Shown: positions 60,949 to 64,000 of the stretch, piece after piece | Numbering within the stretch: position 1 is the first letter of the stretch | How the letters are laid out: each line of letters begins with the position of its first letter | The notes under the pieces: generated by a model | Seen by the model: only the letters and a program-made list of their open reading frames with translations | The model's database searches: none | What the model was told of the DNA's origin: nothing | Program-made: the position numbers and the translations under genes | DNA from: an uncultured virus (IMG/VR IMGVR_UViG_2061766007_000995) | Taxonomy: Duplodnaviria; Heunggongvirae; Uroviricota; Caudoviricetes | Length of the DNA: 64,000 bases | IMG/VR virus record: IMGVR_UViG_2061766007_000995 | Strand: one strand, 5' to 3'

Positions 60949-61515
60949 ATGACATTTGAAGAAAATGAACTTGTTCTAGTCCGTCGTCCAGAAACAAAAA
61001 CAACAGACTTGAAATGGAAGGCCGCATCTTTTGAACGCACTTATGAGTCCAATGGAAAGAAGAAGCATCTCTGCACTGGAACCTGGTGGCTTGACTGCAT
61101 TCCATATCATTTGAATGAAGAGCTGCTTGGAACAACAGACGAACCAAAGGACATTGAATCCCTTCGCTGGGGAGACCGCGTTCTAGTCTGGCACTGCACT
61201 GATGGATGGAAAGAAGGCATATTCAATAGGCTTGATCATGACCTGCTTTATCCATGGAGCGTTATTCTAAGACCAAAGCCTGGATCAGGATCAAGCATAG
61301 AAGTTTATAGTGGNNNNNNNNNNACTGCTCGGAACGACAGACGAACCAAAGGACATTGAATCCCTGCGATGGGGAGATCGCGTTCTAGTCTGGCACTGCA
61401 CTGACGGATGGGTTGATGGAGTATTCAACAGACTTGATCATGATACGATCTATCCATGGAGCGTCATTCTAAGACCAAAGCCTGGATCAGGATCAAGCAT
61501 AGAAGTTTATAGTGG
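60949..61515 (+). CDS. hypothetical protein, paralogue family (gapped, incomplete)
   Basis: ELVLVRR...W...W.DCIPY..NEELLGT...LRWGDRV. Confidence 0.6.
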
Positions 61516-61860
61516 NNNNNNNNNNGCAGGCCACCTATGAATGCAGGCTGAACATTGATGATGAGCCAGTTCTTCTGCATTCCGTCATTCTCAATGATGA
61601 TTCCAAGAGACGCATCCTAGTCTATACTGAAAACATTCGTAAGGCAGTCTGCTAGAAGGAGGACATACAGATGACATTTGATGAAAACGAACTTGTTCTG
61701 GTCCGTCGTCCAGAAACAAAAACAACAGACTTGAAATGGAAGGCCGCATCNNNNNNNNNNAAGAATGCTGAAAATTGTTTCTAAAACATAGTGTCGTAAA
61801 AAATTGAAATATTAATCAAATATTAGTAAATGGGTCATCTGTTATGGATGGCCTTTTTTA

Positions 61861-62439
61861 ATGGCCATTATGGATAGAATGTTTGGCACAATTGCAGTCG
61901 GCATTCCTCTTAGCCTCTATCCTCAATGGACAGAGATGCTTGAGAGGCACCGAAAGCACAATCTATTCAAAAAAGATGGCGCCATTGTCGCTCTTGGAGG
62001 CCTGACATGGGAGAAATTCAGGAATGAGACAAAGGACAAGCCATTGATGGAGAAGATTGAAGCAGTCAACAATCTATGGAACAGGAGGCCATGGAAAGAT
62101 GACATGAGAAACTGGGGCATGGAAGACAAATGGGCTACTCCTCTTGAATTCTGCTATAAAAGCGGAGACTGCGAAGACTATGCCATCGCAAAGATGCTGA
62201 CTTTGAAGGAACTCGGAGTTGACTGTCCTATGCGTCTTGTTATCGGAATCAAAGATGGAGTTGGACACGCAATTCTTGCAATTGAAGTTGAGAATATGCT
62301 ATATATTCTTGACAATAATTCCAACGTAGTAATTCCATACTACTTCTACAAGAATTTCGAACCACAGGATTCTTTGACCGAAAGCCAGGCCTGGACGCAT
62401 TTAAAGCATCTGTCATCTAAAGATGTAGTGCACAGCTAG
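61861..62439 (+). CDS. transglutaminase-like cysteine protease (BTLCP/LapG family)
   Basis: VN..WN..PW.DD..NWG.ED.WATP.EF....GDCEDYAIAK..TL..LG...MRLV...HAIL......YILDN (Cys-His-Asp triad). Confidence 0.9.
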   Translation: MAIMDRMFGTIAVGIPLSLYPQWTEMLERHRKHNLFKKDGAIVALGGLTWEKFRNETKDKPLMEKIEAVNNLWNRRPWKDDMRNWGMEDKWATPLEFCYKSGDCEDYAIAKMLTLKELGVDCPMRLVIGIKDGVGHAILAIEVENMLYILDNNSNVVIPYYFYKNFEPQDSLTESQAWTHLKHLSSKDVVHS

Positions 62440-62449
62440 CTGTGCAAAA

Positions 62450-62484
62450 ATGAAAATGGGAGCTTTAAAAGCTCCCATTTTCAT
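62450..62484. terminator. intrinsic terminator hairpin
   Basis: ATGAAAATGGGAGCTTT/AAAGCTCCCATTTTCAT. Confidence 0.7.
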
Positions 62485-62523
62485 AAAGACTTTCAAATAA
62501 TAGCATTACCACTTTCAAAAATT

Positions 62524-63218
62524 ATGAAAACATTTTCAAAATATATTCAGAAAAAAATATTAGATGAAGAGAAGCTGGAAGGACTTCATAGTCCAGCAAT
62601 AATGCCACATTCTGGTCCTGCTGGAGGTCTTGGTATAGGATTTGGTCCAGAAATGCCAAGAGCAATGCATGAACCATACTCTTCAACAGATTCCACAGCT
62701 GGTCTGTCGCGTTTAAAGCCGCATGATGCGGAGTTATGGGAAACTCTAGTCTGGTCCACATATGCAGAAAGATGGCCAAACGACCGATATAGAAATCTTA
62801 TTAACAGAAATTTGACATTTGCAGATTTGGCGCTTTCGCTTGACTNNNNNNNNNNGCAGATTCCACAGCTGGTCTGTCGCGTTTAAAACCACATGATGCG
62901 GAGTTATGGGAAACTCTAGTCTGGTCCGCATATGCAGAAAGATGGCCAAAAGACCGATATGGAAGTCTTATTAACAGAAATTTGACATTTGCAGATTTGG
63001 CGCTTTCGCTTGACTTGTTCATTAGTCCATTTGACGTTATTGGAACAGACAATCCAGAAGTGGTGAAGAAAATTCTTCAAATTTTGGCCGAAATTTTAGG
63101 ACTATCATATAAAGAAATCAACAGATATAGACCACAGTCCAATCTTTTCTCGGACTATGACAATCAAATTGATGAATTAAGCCAAAGAATCGGAGTTTTT
63201 CTAGCACCTAAGCATTAA
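62524..63218 (+). CDS. hypothetical protein with capsid-targeting-like N-terminus (gapped)
   Basis: MKTFSKYIQKKILDE; reading frame continues across the allelic duplicate to TAA 63218. Confidence 0.55.
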
Positions 63219-63239
63219 AGAGCAATGCTTGCATCAGTG

Positions 63240-63245
63240 TAAATA
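63240..63245 (+). promoter_or_regulatory. putative late promoter (TAAATA)
   Basis: GTAAATAT 24 nt upstream of gp13. Confidence 0.6.
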
Positions 63246-63269
63246 TTCAATTGGCTTTGACAGAATAAT

Positions 63270-64000
63270 ATGGCTAGAAAAGCATCAGAAAAAAAGTACA
63301 AGCACTACAACAGAATAACCTGCTATGAAGACTTCGTAGACTACTGTCTTAGAAGACTTGGTGCTCCTGTAATCAACATTGAAGTTACGCCAGAACAGAT
63401 ACAGGACAGAGTTTCTGATGGAATTCAGTACATGCTTGAATACGATCTAGAATCGGTCTGCAATCAGTGGTGGATCCATCAATGCACTAAGGANNNNNNN
63501 NNNTTTCAAGTTTTTAATTCTTACAGAAAATGAACTCTGCAAGAGAGACAAAAAATGATAAGCTATTCCGTTCATTTAAAGCATATGATGAATGCGGCTT
63601 CCCANNNNNNNNNNAGACGTGCAGAATGGCTATCTTACAATTCCGATGGATGTTTTGGACGTGATGGAAGTGCTTGTCAATGGAACTGGTTCCGCTTTTC
63701 AGTCTGACGGCGATGGAAAAGTCTATTCTTCAAGTCTTGTCAACTTTGGCTACATGGACAATCCTCAGTGGCAGTGGTTCAACAACTACTGGTATTACGG
63801 CAACATGTTCTCTGGTGGGCAGACAATGTTCTATTATGAAGTATCCATGCAGTACATCCAGATGCTTCAGACGTTGATGACTGCAAAAGTTGAGTATGCC
63901 TATAGAAGAAGACAGAGAAAGCTATGGTTTTTAAGCCGTCCATATCATGAAGGAGAGTTTGTCGCCCTGTATGGAACAAAAATGCTCGATCCAGAGAAGG
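63270..64000 (+). CDS. 13: T4-like neck protein gp13 (gapped, runs off window)
   Basis: DYCLRRLGAPVINIEVT.EQI.DR....IQY; later YLTIP.DV..V. Confidence 0.88.

Overview
A 64 kb segment of a large T4-superfamily myophage, assembled from a mixed population. Many 10-N gaps are flanked by near-identical allelic duplicates, so several genes appear split or doubled. T4-like core genes are recognisable but shuffled: gp55 late sigma, RNase H, rIIB, gp45 clamp, gp43 (N-terminal part only), gp47/gp46, gp15, gp13, a CobS-like AAA+/vWA-peptidase pair, a RuvC-like resolvase, dUTPase, anaerobic NrdD/NrdG and tRNA-Gln(TTG). Transcription looks two-tiered, with TTGACA-N17-TANNNT sigma70-type promoters and TAAATA boxes ahead of virion genes. 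Most notable: (1) a family-A/T7-RNAP-superfamily (TV-Pol-like) polymerase gene downstream of two inverted double-hairpin units with conserved loops but different stems, plus two 30-bp direct repeats, forming a candidate self-priming origin module; (2) a candidate ~100-nt late RNA displaying the 16S anti-Shine-Dalgarno sequence CACCUCCU in a hairpin loop, alongside SD-less leaders on most promoter-proximal late genes; (3) J-domain proteins with T4-type capsid-targeting N-termini; (4) a LapG-like cysteine protease and a PL1-like lyase; (5) a duplicated glycosyltransferase+partner cassette; (6) a split DNA polymerase. All family calls come from motif recognition by eye; no searches were run.
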